From Gammaproteobacteria bacterium (GTDB lineage: Bacteria > Pseudomonadota > Gammaproteobacteria > CAJXQU01): DNA of 64,000 nt. Position 1 is the stretch's first letter; each line of letters begins with the position of its first letter. Under the pieces are notes generated by a model. That model was not told the DNA's origin, ran no database searches, and saw only the letters and a list, made by a program, of their open reading frames with translations. The stretch is taken from assembly GCA_965238175.1 (NCBI GenBank), contig CBDEGZ010000003.1, forward strand, positions 1,600,001-1,664,000, read 5' to 3'. Shown piece by piece: positions 1-9,225 of this stretch. The position numbers were made by a program, and so were the translations under genes.

Positions 1-300
1 GTAGGTTTCATGTTTATTTTATCCGCATGCAGTGGTGAAAACTCAGATACAAAAAAGAAAGTTGAAGAAGCGGCAATGAAAGCAAAAGAAGCCGTTACAG
101 AGACGGCGGGTGAGGCGATGGATAAAGCTGGCGAAGCCATGACGAAAGCAAAAGAAGTTGTTTCTGACGCTACAGATGCTGTTTCTGACAAAACTGGAGA
201 AATGGTTGAGAAGGTCAAAGAAACTACATCAATGGGCAATAATGAAACCAGTGAAGCACCATCATGGTCAGAGCTGGAAAACCAGGTAACAACTTTTTAA
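1..300 (+). CDS. Lipoprotein with Ala/Lys/Glu-rich LEA-like amphipathic repeats; 5' end probably upstream of the window
   Basis: Frame is open from base 1 (VGFMFILSAC). Lipobox LSAC is followed by repeats such as AMKAKEAV/AMTKAKEVV. Confidence 0.6.
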   Translation, partial: VGFMFILSACSGENSDTKKKVEEAAMKAKEAVTETAGEAMDKAGEAMTKAKEVVSDATDAVSDKTGEMVEKVKETTSMGNNETSEAPSWSELENQVTTF

Positions 301-316
301 TTTAGTATGCAGATAT

Positions 317-352
317 AAAACCTGATCAGTTTTTTCGAACTGGTCAGGTTTT
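317..352. terminator. Bidirectional intrinsic terminator
   Basis: AAAACCTGATCAGTT-TTTTCG-AACTGGTCAGGTTTT hairpin with A/T tails between convergent genes. Confidence 0.8.
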
Positions 353-354
353 TA

Positions 355-900
355 TTATTCTGGATATATTGCCGAGATACTGTCGAAATTTCTAAAATAA
401 CCTTTGTAATCCATCCCATAACCAACAAGAAATTCATTCGCTGCGACTAGTCCTGTGAAATCAGCCTTCTGCAGACCGCCACGTTGAGGTAAGTCTTTTT
501 CGACCAAGACGGCTGTTAAGATTTGATCAGCTCCTTCGGCCTGGCAAAAATCAATAATTGCTTCTAGCGTATGCCCTTGATCCAGAATATCATCAATAAT
601 CAAAACAGTACGATTTTTTAGATCGATTTCTGGTTGTTTCAGCCAATGAAGATGCCCGCCTTTTGTTTCGCCTTGGTAGCGAGTTGCATGGATATAATCC
701 AGCTCTAGTGGGAAATTTAGTTTTGGTAATAATAAACCTGTCGGCACAATGCCACCGATTACAGTACAGAGAAGGATCGGGTTGCTATCCATGAGTTGAG
801 TATTAATTTGACCGGCCATTTTATCAATGGCGTTTTCTACTTCCTCTCTGGAAAAAAGCTGTTTGGCGTTTTGTTCTATTTTTTGAATTTTTTTGTTCAT
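355..900 (-). CDS. hpt: Hypoxanthine-guanine phosphoribosyltransferase
   Basis: PRPP motif VLIIDDILDQGHTL; FLVGYGMDY and HATRY motifs. Confidence 0.92.
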   Translation of the reverse strand: MNKKIQKIEQNAKQLFSREEVENAIDKMAGQINTQLMDSNPILLCTVIGGIVPTGLLLPKLNFPLELDYIHATRYQGETKGGHLHWLKQPEIDLKNRTVLIIDDILDQGHTLEAIIDFCQAEGADQILTAVLVEKDLPQRGGLQKADFTGLVAANEFLVGYGMDYKGYFRNFDSISAIYPE

Positions 901-1772
901 GTTTCTAATTTATTTAGTTGTTGTTTTCCTACATAGTCACATGCAAATTGCCAGGCTGAGCGACCACTTCTTGAACCGTGTAACAATGCCCATTTTAACG
1001 CTTCTTTCTGCATTACTTTTTGATCAATTATATTAACGTTTAGTTTGCTTAACCAATAATCGACGATGGTCAGATAAGCATTCTGGTTGAAAGGGTGAAA
1101 TGCGAGCCACAAGCCAAACCGTTCTGAGAGAGAGATTTTTTCTTCTATCGCTTCACCATAATGGATTTCGGTTTCGATCAGTTCAGCATTTTGGTTATCT
1201 GTTGCGTATTCCGGTAGCAGATGCCGACGATTAGAGCTGGCATAAACAAGGATATTTTCGGGTGTACTGTTGATTGATCCATCAAGCACGACTTTTAGTG
1301 ATTTGTAACTAGTGTCTTCAGTTTCAAAGGATAAATCATCGCAAAAAATAATAAATTTTTCCTGGCGATCAAAAAGCTGCTCTGCAATATCAGGCAATTC
1401 TTCAAGGTGACGTTTTTCGACTTCGATCAAACGTAAGCCTTGATCAGAATATTGGTTGAGAATAGCTTTAATTAAAGAAGACTTGCCTGTTCCTCGTGGG
1501 CCCCAAAGTAGCGCATTGTTTGCTGGTAGGCCATTAATGAATTGCCGCGTATTTTGATCTAACTGCTGTTTCTGATTTTCGATACATTGCAGATCAGCAA
1601 GCTGAACAGTGGCAATTCGAGGTAACGGATGTAAATAACCTTTCTGTCCATTGTGCTTCCAACGAAAAGCAACATGCTTATCCCAGTTTGTTTCTGGTGT
1701 TGTCTGCGGGATTATTTGTTCTAATCGATCTAGTAATCGATCGACACGATCAAGAATTTCCTTTTCACTCAT
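897..1772 (-). CDS. DUF815-family AAA+ ATP-binding protein
   Basis: PANNALLWGPRGTGKSS Walker A, FIIFCDDLSF, YASSNRRHL and EEKISLSERFGLWL. Confidence 0.9.
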   Translation of the reverse strand: MSEKEILDRVDRLLDRLEQIIPQTTPETNWDKHVAFRWKHNGQKGYLHPLPRIATVQLADLQCIENQKQQLDQNTRQFINGLPANNALLWGPRGTGKSSLIKAILNQYSDQGLRLIEVEKRHLEELPDIAEQLFDRQEKFIIFCDDLSFETEDTSYKSLKVVLDGSINSTPENILVYASSNRRHLLPEYATDNQNAELIETEIHYGEAIEEKISLSERFGLWLAFHPFNQNAYLTIVDYWLSKLNVNIIDQKVMQKEALKWALLHGSRSGRSAWQFACDYVGKQQLNKLET

Positions 1773-1796
1773 TTTATTTTCTTGGTGAAACTAATC

Positions 1797-3146
1797 TTAA
1801 TGGAACTTCAATCTTCTACGTGGCTTACGTATTATTCGATTTGCTATTGCATGTAATAAGGTTCCGATGTAGCCATGCAAGGAGACCTGATGCATTTTAT
1901 AAAGTGACTTATAGATAATGCGGGCGAGGATCCCCTCAAGCATCACGCTACCAGACCATCTGCCAAGCAAGTTACCCATTAGGTTGCCGACCGTTGTATA
2001 TGAACTCATATTTACCAGTGATCCAAAATCTACATACTTGTATTCTGGTAGTTCGCCACCGTTCAAGCGACGTTTCATTGTTTTAACTAACATTGAGGCT
2101 TGTTGATGAGCAGACTGTGCTCTTGGAGGAACAATTTCATCCGAGCCAGGTTCTATAGGACATTGAGCGCAATCACCAAAGGCAAAAATATTCACGTCGC
2201 GGGTTGATTGTAGTTTTGAGCTCACCACCAATTGGTTAATACGGTTGGTTTCCAGGCCATCAATATCCTTCAGGAAATCCGGAGCTTTAATACCTGCCGC
2301 CCAGACTTTGATCTCTGATGGAATAAATTGTCCTCCTTCAGTGAGGAAACCATCGGCGGTGGCTTCAACAATTCTTTCCCCGGTTCGAACATCTACATTG
2401 ATCTTATACAGTGCTTCTACAGTCGCTTCTGATAAACGATCAGGCAATGCTGGGAGTATCTTAGCGGCGGCCTCGATAAGAGAAATTTTCAAATCACGAT
2501 CTGGATCTATGTTGTATAAACCGTATGCGACCAGTTCCCGTGTTGATTCGTGCAGCTCTGCAGAAAGCTCAACGCCTGTTGCACCCGCACCCGCAATGGC
2601 AACATGCAATTGTCCTTCACGTAATGGTTTAGTGGAGGTTTGTGCGCTATAGCATTTCTTGAGTAGTAAAGAGTGAAATTTTTCGGCTTGTTCACGTGTA
2701 TCCAATGAAAAACAATGTTCAGCAACACCTTTGATGTCAAAGTCATTGGTTGTACTACCGACCGCGATGATAAGCGTGTCATAGCTGAAATTACGTCTTG
2801 GAATGAATTCCATTCCATCATCATCATCAATTGTCGGCGCCAGAGAAACTTCTTTTTTCTCACGATCAAGGCTATCCATGCGACCCAAACGAAAACTAAA
2901 GTGATTCCAGTTTGCTTGCGCTAAATATTCAAGATCATCGGCATGCGAATCCAAAGTCCCGGAAGCAATTTCATGTAGCAGAGGTTTCCAGACATGGGTT
3001 AAGGTACTGTCTATCAACATTACTTCGGCCTTTTTCTTTTTGCCAAATTTTTTACCTAACCTTGTCGCTAGTTCAATGCCACCGGCGCCACCACCGACAA
3101 CAACGATTCTATGAGTTGATGAAGTGTCTGAAGGGGCTGATGACAT
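1797..3146 (-). CDS. ndh: Type II NADH:quinone oxidoreductase
   Basis: Two Rossmann motifs (VVVGGGAGG; AGAGATGVELSAEL), WAAG, PPRAQSAHQQ and a C-terminal RLKFH. Start moved to ATG 3146 because 3197 would overlap the divergent gene. Confidence 0.9.
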   Translation of the reverse strand: MSSAPSDTSSTHRIVVVGGGAGGIELATRLGKKFGKKKKAEVMLIDSTLTHVWKPLLHEIASGTLDSHADDLEYLAQANWNHFSFRLGRMDSLDREKKEVSLAPTIDDDDGMEFIPRRNFSYDTLIIAVGSTTNDFDIKGVAEHCFSLDTREQAEKFHSLLLKKCYSAQTSTKPLREGQLHVAIAGAGATGVELSAELHESTRELVAYGLYNIDPDRDLKISLIEAAAKILPALPDRLSEATVEALYKINVDVRTGERIVEATADGFLTEGGQFIPSEIKVWAAGIKAPDFLKDIDGLETNRINQLVVSSKLQSTRDVNIFAFGDCAQCPIEPGSDEIVPPRAQSAHQQASMLVKTMKRRLNGGELPEYKYVDFGSLVNMSSYTTVGNLMGNLLGRWSGSVMLEGILARIIYKSLYKMHQVSLHGYIGTLLHAIANRIIRKPRRRLKFH

Positions 3147-3218
3147 ATTAAGGTTCTCTGACTTGGAAGGCTCTGTATAATAGCAGAATTGATCCATAAA
3201 TCACGAAGGAAACAATCT

Positions 3219-3509
3219 ATGAATAAACAAGAAACGACTGAACTTGAAGCGGCTGCATTTCGACAGTTAGTCGCACATTTTGAAGAACGAACAGATGTAC
3301 AGAATATTGATCTGATGAACTTGGCTGGGTTTTGCCGAAACTGTCTTTCAAAATGGTATCGAGTTGCTGCTGAGGAACGCGGCCATGAGATGGATTATGA
3401 ACAGGCAAGAGAAATTGTTTATGGCATGCCATACAGTGAATGGAAAGAGAAATATCAATTAGAAGTTAGTCCTGAACAATTAAAAGCCTTCAATGAATCG
3501 AAGAAGTGA
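3219..3509 (+). CDS. DUF1244 domain protein
   Basis: ELEAAAFR...DVQNIDLMNLAGFCRNCLSKWY...YGMPYSEWK family signature. ATG 3219 follows an AAGGA RBS. Confidence 0.9.
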   Translation: MNKQETTELEAAAFRQLVAHFEERTDVQNIDLMNLAGFCRNCLSKWYRVAAEERGHEMDYEQAREIVYGMPYSEWKEKYQLEVSPEQLKAFNESKK

Positions 3510-3585
3510 TCTAATAAGGAAACCATAAAGAAAGCTAAGTTTATTAAAGAGTGTTGGCCGTCGTTGAGCGGTTTATCTAAAAATA

Positions 3586-4956
3586 ATGAATATCAAAGTT
3601 ATCTCAATTTGTTTAATTTCATGTTTAACATCTTGTGCAGAATATCAAACTTATACACCATCACCGGTTGATACTGAGTATACAACGCGTCAGTACCGCA
3701 GGTTAGGTATTAATGCGCCGGAAATAAAAAATTGGCTACTTGAGAACAATGAAGCTGTAACGACATGGCCTAGGCAGAGTTGGAACGTTGAAAGCCTTAT
3801 TTTGATCGGAAATTATTTTAGTACCGATCTAGCGATTGCTAAGGCCGAAGTTGAAGTTGCAAAAGCAGCTGAAGTCACGGCGGGACAGAAACCAAATCCT
3901 GAAATAGAATTTTCTTCAGAGCGACATAGTGATCATCCTGATTCTGTTTCCCCCTGGACAATAGGATCTATTTTCAGTTGGATTTATGAGAGACCTGAAA
4001 AACGTCAAGCCCGGGTTGAACATGCTAGAGCGCTATCGGAGGTGGCACATTTAAAACAGTTTGAAATTAAGTGGGAAATTCGCGATACGATTACAGATCA
4101 TTATCTGGATGTGATGGCGGCTAATCGAAAAATAACAATGCTGTTTGAAGAAAAAAAGATTCTGCAAGAAGGCACGGAAGTATTAGATCAACGGCTTTCA
4201 CATGGACAGGCAAGTGATTTTGAGATCAGCAGTTCGCGACTTGAACTTCAGCGTTTGAGATTATTGATCAGTGAAACGGAAGCTGAGCAAACACGATCAA
4301 AAAGTAGGTTGGCTCTAGCCGTAGGGCTACCAGCTGACGCATTGAATGATGTTGATTTAGATGAAAGTCTCTATGCTCAATTACCCGACATAAACATTTA
4401 TGATCTTAATCTTGAAGTATTGCAAGCGCGTGCGCTGATCGAACGACCGGATATTCTGATCACTTTGTCTGACTATGTGGTAGCAGAGGCAGATTTGCAT
4501 CGTGAAATTGAAAACCAATATTCGGACATTACTTTCTCGCCCGGTTTTATGTTTGATCAACATGATAATGTTTGGGTATTAGGCAGTTCCTGGATGTTAC
4601 CTCTGAATGCTAAAAATGAAGGGCCGATTGCAGAGGCTGAGGCTCGACGGAAGGTCAGAGAGCAACAGGTGCTTGCTCATCAAGGTGAAATTTTAGGGCA
4701 GGTGCATGACGCACGGATCCGCTATAAAACAGCATTGAATATACTCAAAGAAGCTGACTCAATAATTACCGAGTTGACTGATAGGGGTAGAAAACTGCAA
4801 CGGCAATATGATTTGGGCTACAGCGATCGATTGTCAATTATAAGAAATCAGTTGGAAATTTTGATCGCAAAACGAGCTCGTTATCTTCTTGAACTCGCTG
4901 CTTGGAGAGAGCTAAATGGCCTTGAAGATTCGTTAATGTCAAAATTGATAAAGTAA
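3586..4956 (+). CDS. TolC-family outer membrane efflux lipoprotein
   Basis: Lipobox LTSC, two OEP-like repeats (NEGPIAEAEARR), first gene of an RND operon. Confidence 0.85.
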   Translation: MNIKVISICLISCLTSCAEYQTYTPSPVDTEYTTRQYRRLGINAPEIKNWLLENNEAVTTWPRQSWNVESLILIGNYFSTDLAIAKAEVEVAKAAEVTAGQKPNPEIEFSSERHSDHPDSVSPWTIGSIFSWIYERPEKRQARVEHARALSEVAHLKQFEIKWEIRDTITDHYLDVMAANRKITMLFEEKKILQEGTEVLDQRLSHGQASDFEISSSRLELQRLRLLISETEAEQTRSKSRLALAVGLPADALNDVDLDESLYAQLPDINIYDLNLEVLQARALIERPDILITLSDYVVAEADLHREIENQYSDITFSPGFMFDQHDNVWVLGSSWMLPLNAKNEGPIAEAEARRKVREQQVLAHQGEILGQVHDARIRYKTALNILKEADSIITELTDRGRKLQRQYDLGYSDRLSIIRNQLEILIAKRARYLLELAAWRELNGLEDSLMSKLIK

Positions 4957-4965
4957 ATACAAAGC

Positions 4966-6105
4966 ATGAAAATAATAATAAAAATACTACTGCTACTAAT
5001 ATTGGGTGTGACGGTTTATTTGGGGGTTAGATTTTTTTCTGGCGAGCAAGGTTTTGTTGTCGCATTAGATGAATGGTTGGATCAATTTCAAGAACAGTCT
5101 TTAGAAGCAGGCGATGATAAGGGTGTTGACGAAACTGATGAAGAAAAGGGTGATGATGACGATATCCCTTCACGCGTCGAAATTTATGCAGGTCTACCTG
5201 CCGTTCGTCTCGCAGAAGAGGTGGTCACACGTAGTGGAATAAGAATAGATTCACTAAAAAGCGCAAATTATTCACATGAAAGGCAGGCTACTGGACGCGT
5301 TATTGATTTCCAATCTTTGTTACAAAAACAAGCAGAATTCAACCAGGCGAAATCTGAGCTTTCAATTGCACAAGAAAGTCTGAATGCAACAGTAAAAGTC
5401 TATGAGCGTCTACGATTATTAAATAAAGAACGCGCTAATGTGTCGCTTAGACAAGTCGAAGAAGCACGACTGCCATTATTAGAGGGTAAAGCAAAAGTAG
5501 CAGCTATCAAGCTGAGAATTCAAACGTTGCAAACAGAAACTGTCCACGAGTGGGGAGGAATATTAGCAAGTTGGGCGCTAGCACCTGATGACGAAAATGT
5601 AGGTTATTTTGATCGGCTACTACAAAATGAGGACAGATTAATCTTGGTGACCTTACCATCAGGAACAGTTTTATCTAATGGCAAACCCCTGATTTATGTC
5701 AATTCAACTTCCGAGCGTTCAACCGCTCTAATAGCACGTTTGATATCGACGGCAGCCTACACAGATCCACTTATTCAAGGCGAGACTTATTACTTTCGTA
5801 CTACTGCAAAAAACATGCGGATCAATATGCGGCTGAATGTTTGGATTGTTTCACCCGATGAGATCGAAACTGGCTTTACCATTCCTTTAGCTGCGATTGT
5901 TTGGTATGCAGGACAACCGTGGGTCTATGTAAAAGTGACGGGTGATTTGTATTCACGTAGACCAGTTTCACATTATCGTGAAACAGATCAAGGTTGGTTT
6001 ATTAGTGGCATATTTGATCTGAATGATAGAATTGTTGTTCAAGGTGGTCAACTTTTGCTATCTGAGGAATTACGCTGGCAAATCCCTGATGAGGATGATG
6101 ATTAA
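4966..6105 (+). CDS. RND efflux periplasmic adaptor (membrane fusion protein)
   Basis: N-terminal anchor, coiled-coil hairpin, C-terminal IPLAAIVWYAGQPWVY...VVQGGQLLLSEE, located between OMF and RND genes. Confidence 0.85.
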   Translation: MKIIIKILLLLILGVTVYLGVRFFSGEQGFVVALDEWLDQFQEQSLEAGDDKGVDETDEEKGDDDDIPSRVEIYAGLPAVRLAEEVVTRSGIRIDSLKSANYSHERQATGRVIDFQSLLQKQAEFNQAKSELSIAQESLNATVKVYERLRLLNKERANVSLRQVEEARLPLLEGKAKVAAIKLRIQTLQTETVHEWGGILASWALAPDDENVGYFDRLLQNEDRLILVTLPSGTVLSNGKPLIYVNSTSERSTALIARLISTAAYTDPLIQGETYYFRTTAKNMRINMRLNVWIVSPDEIETGFTIPLAAIVWYAGQPWVYVKVTGDLYSRRPVSHYRETDQGWFISGIFDLNDRIVVQGGQLLLSEELRWQIPDEDDD

Positions 6106-6110
6106 AAACC

Positions 6111-9100
6111 ATGCTATCAATTCTCGTTCGTTTTTCCGTTCGTTACTACGGTATTGTCATCGCTTTGACAATATTACTTTTGGTTTACGGAGTTTATCGT
6201 CTGTCTAATGCCGGCTTAGATATTTTCCCGGAATTTTCACCTAAACAAGTCATTATCCAAACTGAGTCGGCGGGCTATTCGACTGAACAAGTCGAAATTT
6301 TGGTTACGCAACCGATAGAGAACGTACTCAGCGGACTGATCGGTTTGAAATATCTTAGATCAGAATCGATACAAGGTTTGTCTATTGTTACTGCAACATT
6401 TGAAGAAGATACGGATATTTATTTAAACCGGCAAATGGTTAGCGAGCGGCTGTCCAGTGTTGGCGCATCTTTACCTGAAGGCATCGGTACGCCAGTCCCG
6501 GTTCCACTGGCCTCATCATCAGCGACTGTTCTCACAATCGGTGTGCGTTCTGATTCACTCAATATGATGGATTTACGCAGTATTGTTGATTGGACAATTG
6601 TGCCGCAAATTTTGAGTGTTAATGGGGTTGCGGACGTTAATGTGTTTGGGGGTGAAATCAAACAGTTACAAATTCAAATTTTGCCTGAGAAGTTGAAGCA
6701 ATATGGCCTAGGGATACAAGATGTTGTTGAAGCTGCAACTCAGTCAACGGCTATTAAAGGCGCAGGTTTTATTGAGAATGATAATCAACGATTTACTATT
6801 CAAACCAGTAGCGATTCTGCCAGAGTCGAAGATATCGCGAAAGTCGTTGTAAAACGTGAGAATGGTTTTTCGATCACATTATCTGATGTGGCAAATGTAC
6901 TTATAGCGCCGGAACCACGTATTGGTGCGGCGGCGATTATGGGTAAACCTGCTATCGTTATGATGATTATAGGTCAGTTCGGCGCAAACACCTTAAATGT
7001 TTCAAATGCAGTTGAAGCTGTTTTGGAAGATCTGAATCTGGTATTAGGTCAACAGGATGTAACGTTTTATTCACATTTGTTTCGACCTTCAGATTATATC
7101 GAACGCTCATTAGATAATATTGTCGAGCATCTTTTGATCGGTGGCGCTTTTGTTTTGATCGTCTTGTTTATCTTTCTATTCAATATTCGTACGGCGTTTA
7201 TTTCAGCCCTTGCTATCCCATTATCCTTAATCAGTGCAGCTTTAGTTCTGCTCGAAAGTGGTGTGAACCTCAACATTATGGTGCTTGGTGGGCTTGCAAT
7301 TGCATTAGGCGAGGTGGTCGATGATGCCATTATTGATACTGAGAATATCTTTCGTCGATTAAGAGAGAATAAATTTGCAACGGTTCCCAAACCAATAGCA
7401 GATATTGTTTACGAAGCCTCGATGGAAGTTCGTGGTTCTGTTGTTTACGCAAGCTTTATAGTCGCACTGGTTTTTGTACCATTGCTGACATTGGGTGGTG
7501 TAGCGGGGCGTTTGTTTTCGCCATTAGGCGTGTCTTATATTTTGGCCATTTTGACTTCATTGTTGGTTGCGCTGACGGTTACACCAGCGCTTTGCTATTT
7601 ACTACTAGGTAACAGCAAATTACCTGATCGAGATCCACCTTTGATCCGATTGATCCATCCAGTATACGATGGGTTTTTGAGATTGACGACCAGACTACCG
7701 ACATTGACTATTGGTATAGCTCTACTGGTATGTGTCGCCGGAATAGCGATCATTCCTAGTCTTGGATCGCGTTTCTTACCTGAGCTACGAGAAGGACATT
7801 ACATTGTTCATACGACTGCCATGCCCGGCACTTCGTTAGAACAGGCAATTAAAGCAGGTAACCGGCTTACTGAAGCTTTTCTGGAAATCCCAGGCGTTAG
7901 ATCTGTTTCTCAATGGGCTGGCAGGGCAGAGCGATCTGCAGACACATATGGAAGTCATTACAGTGAATTTGAAGTCGATCTAGAACCTCTTTCAGGAAAA
8001 GAACAACAAAGCGTAATTGATGGTTTGCGTGAAGTACTAAAAGAATTTCCTGGGCTGTTGTTTGAGGCCAATACGTTTTTGATCGAGCGAGTTGATGAAA
8101 CAATTTCTGGGTACACTTCACCGATTGTCATCAATCTCTATGGGACTGAATTAGGATTTCTTGATCAAAAAGCGCAAGCGGTTATGGAGATTATCCGTAC
8201 GATTGAGGGTGCCACTGATGTACAAATGCGTTCACCTCATGGCACACCGGTTTTACAAGTAAAACTGAAACATGATCGGTTGAGTGATCTTGGTATACGT
8301 CCGGTTGAGGTGATGGATGCGATACAAATTGCGTATGAGGGGAGAGTCGTTGGCAAGAGTTATCAAGGAAATCAAATTATAGATGTTAGTGTTTATATAG
8401 ACACCAGTTTGCGGCAAAAACCAGAAGATCTAAGAAAATTACCACTTAAGACAGCTGAAGGTGCGATTTTTCCTCTCTCTGAAGTTGCGACTATTTTACA
8501 GACTGATGGACGCTACAACATACTGCATCAAGGTGCTCAACGGATCCAGACGGTGACTTGTAATGTCCACGATCGAGATTTCGACAGTTTTATGGATGAG
8601 TTAAAATCACGAGTTCTAACAGAAATTGAATTTGAAGCTGGGGCTTATCCGGAGTTTACTGGGGCAGCCATAGAACAAGCCAAGGCAAGAGAAGATCTAA
8701 TTCTACATTCTCTAGTTGCTGGTATTGGTGTTCTCATTTTGATTTATATGGCTGTCGGACGATTTCGTGATGTTGTCATTATGCTGCTGAACCTACCCTT
8801 CTCACTGGTCGGAGGAGTTGTTGCAGTACTGTTAACTGGCGCAACATTATCAGTAGGTTCAGTTGTTGGTTTTGTCACCTTATTTGGAATAACTGTAAGA
8901 AACTCGATCATGTTGGTCTCTCATTACCGACATCTTGTCGAAGTTGAGGGCAGGGAATGGAATATCGAGACATTAATACAAGGTGCAAAAGAAAGGCTTC
9001 CCTCGATTTTGATGACAGCACTCGTCACGGCATTAGCGATGCTTCCCATCGCAATTGATAGTGACAATCCCGGTCGTGAAATAATGGGTCCGATGGCAGC

Positions 9101-9200
9101 TATTATTATCGGAGGAATGGCTTCCTCAACAATTCTTAATTTGCTGATACTGCCTAGTATAATATTCCATTTTGGGCGTTTTAAATCTCAATATCTGTGA
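6111..9200 (+). CDS. CusA/CzcA-family heavy-metal efflux RND permease
   Basis: 1029 aa with LDIFPEF, GEVVDDAIIDTENIFRRL, FLPELREG and ERLPSILMTAL. Confidence 0.9.
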   Translation: MLSILVRFSVRYYGIVIALTILLLVYGVYRLSNAGLDIFPEFSPKQVIIQTESAGYSTEQVEILVTQPIENVLSGLIGLKYLRSESIQGLSIVTATFEEDTDIYLNRQMVSERLSSVGASLPEGIGTPVPVPLASSSATVLTIGVRSDSLNMMDLRSIVDWTIVPQILSVNGVADVNVFGGEIKQLQIQILPEKLKQYGLGIQDVVEAATQSTAIKGAGFIENDNQRFTIQTSSDSARVEDIAKVVVKRENGFSITLSDVANVLIAPEPRIGAAAIMGKPAIVMMIIGQFGANTLNVSNAVEAVLEDLNLVLGQQDVTFYSHLFRPSDYIERSLDNIVEHLLIGGAFVLIVLFIFLFNIRTAFISALAIPLSLISAALVLLESGVNLNIMVLGGLAIALGEVVDDAIIDTENIFRRLRENKFATVPKPIADIVYEASMEVRGSVVYASFIVALVFVPLLTLGGVAGRLFSPLGVSYILAILTSLLVALTVTPALCYLLLGNSKLPDRDPPLIRLIHPVYDGFLRLTTRLPTLTIGIALLVCVAGIAIIPSLGSRFLPELREGHYIVHTTAMPGTSLEQAIKAGNRLTEAFLEIPGVRSVSQWAGRAERSADTYGSHYSEFEVDLEPLSGKEQQSVIDGLREVLKEFPGLLFEANTFLIERVDETISGYTSPIVINLYGTELGFLDQKAQAVMEIIRTIEGATDVQMRSPHGTPVLQVKLKHDRLSDLGIRPVEVMDAIQIAYEGRVVGKSYQGNQIIDVSVYIDTSLRQKPEDLRKLPLKTAEGAIFPLSEVATILQTDGRYNILHQGAQRIQTVTCNVHDRDFDSFMDELKSRVLTEIEFEAGAYPEFTGAAIEQAKAREDLILHSLVAGIGVLILIYMAVGRFRDVVIMLLNLPFSLVGGVVAVLLTGATLSVGSVVGFVTLFGITVRNSIMLVSHYRHLVEVEGREWNIETLIQGAKERLPSILMTALVTALAMLPIAIDSDNPGREIMGPMAAIIIGGMASSTILNLLILPSIIFHFGRFKSQYL

Positions 9201-9225
9201 TCTCTTTCAGATATAAAATTAGATA

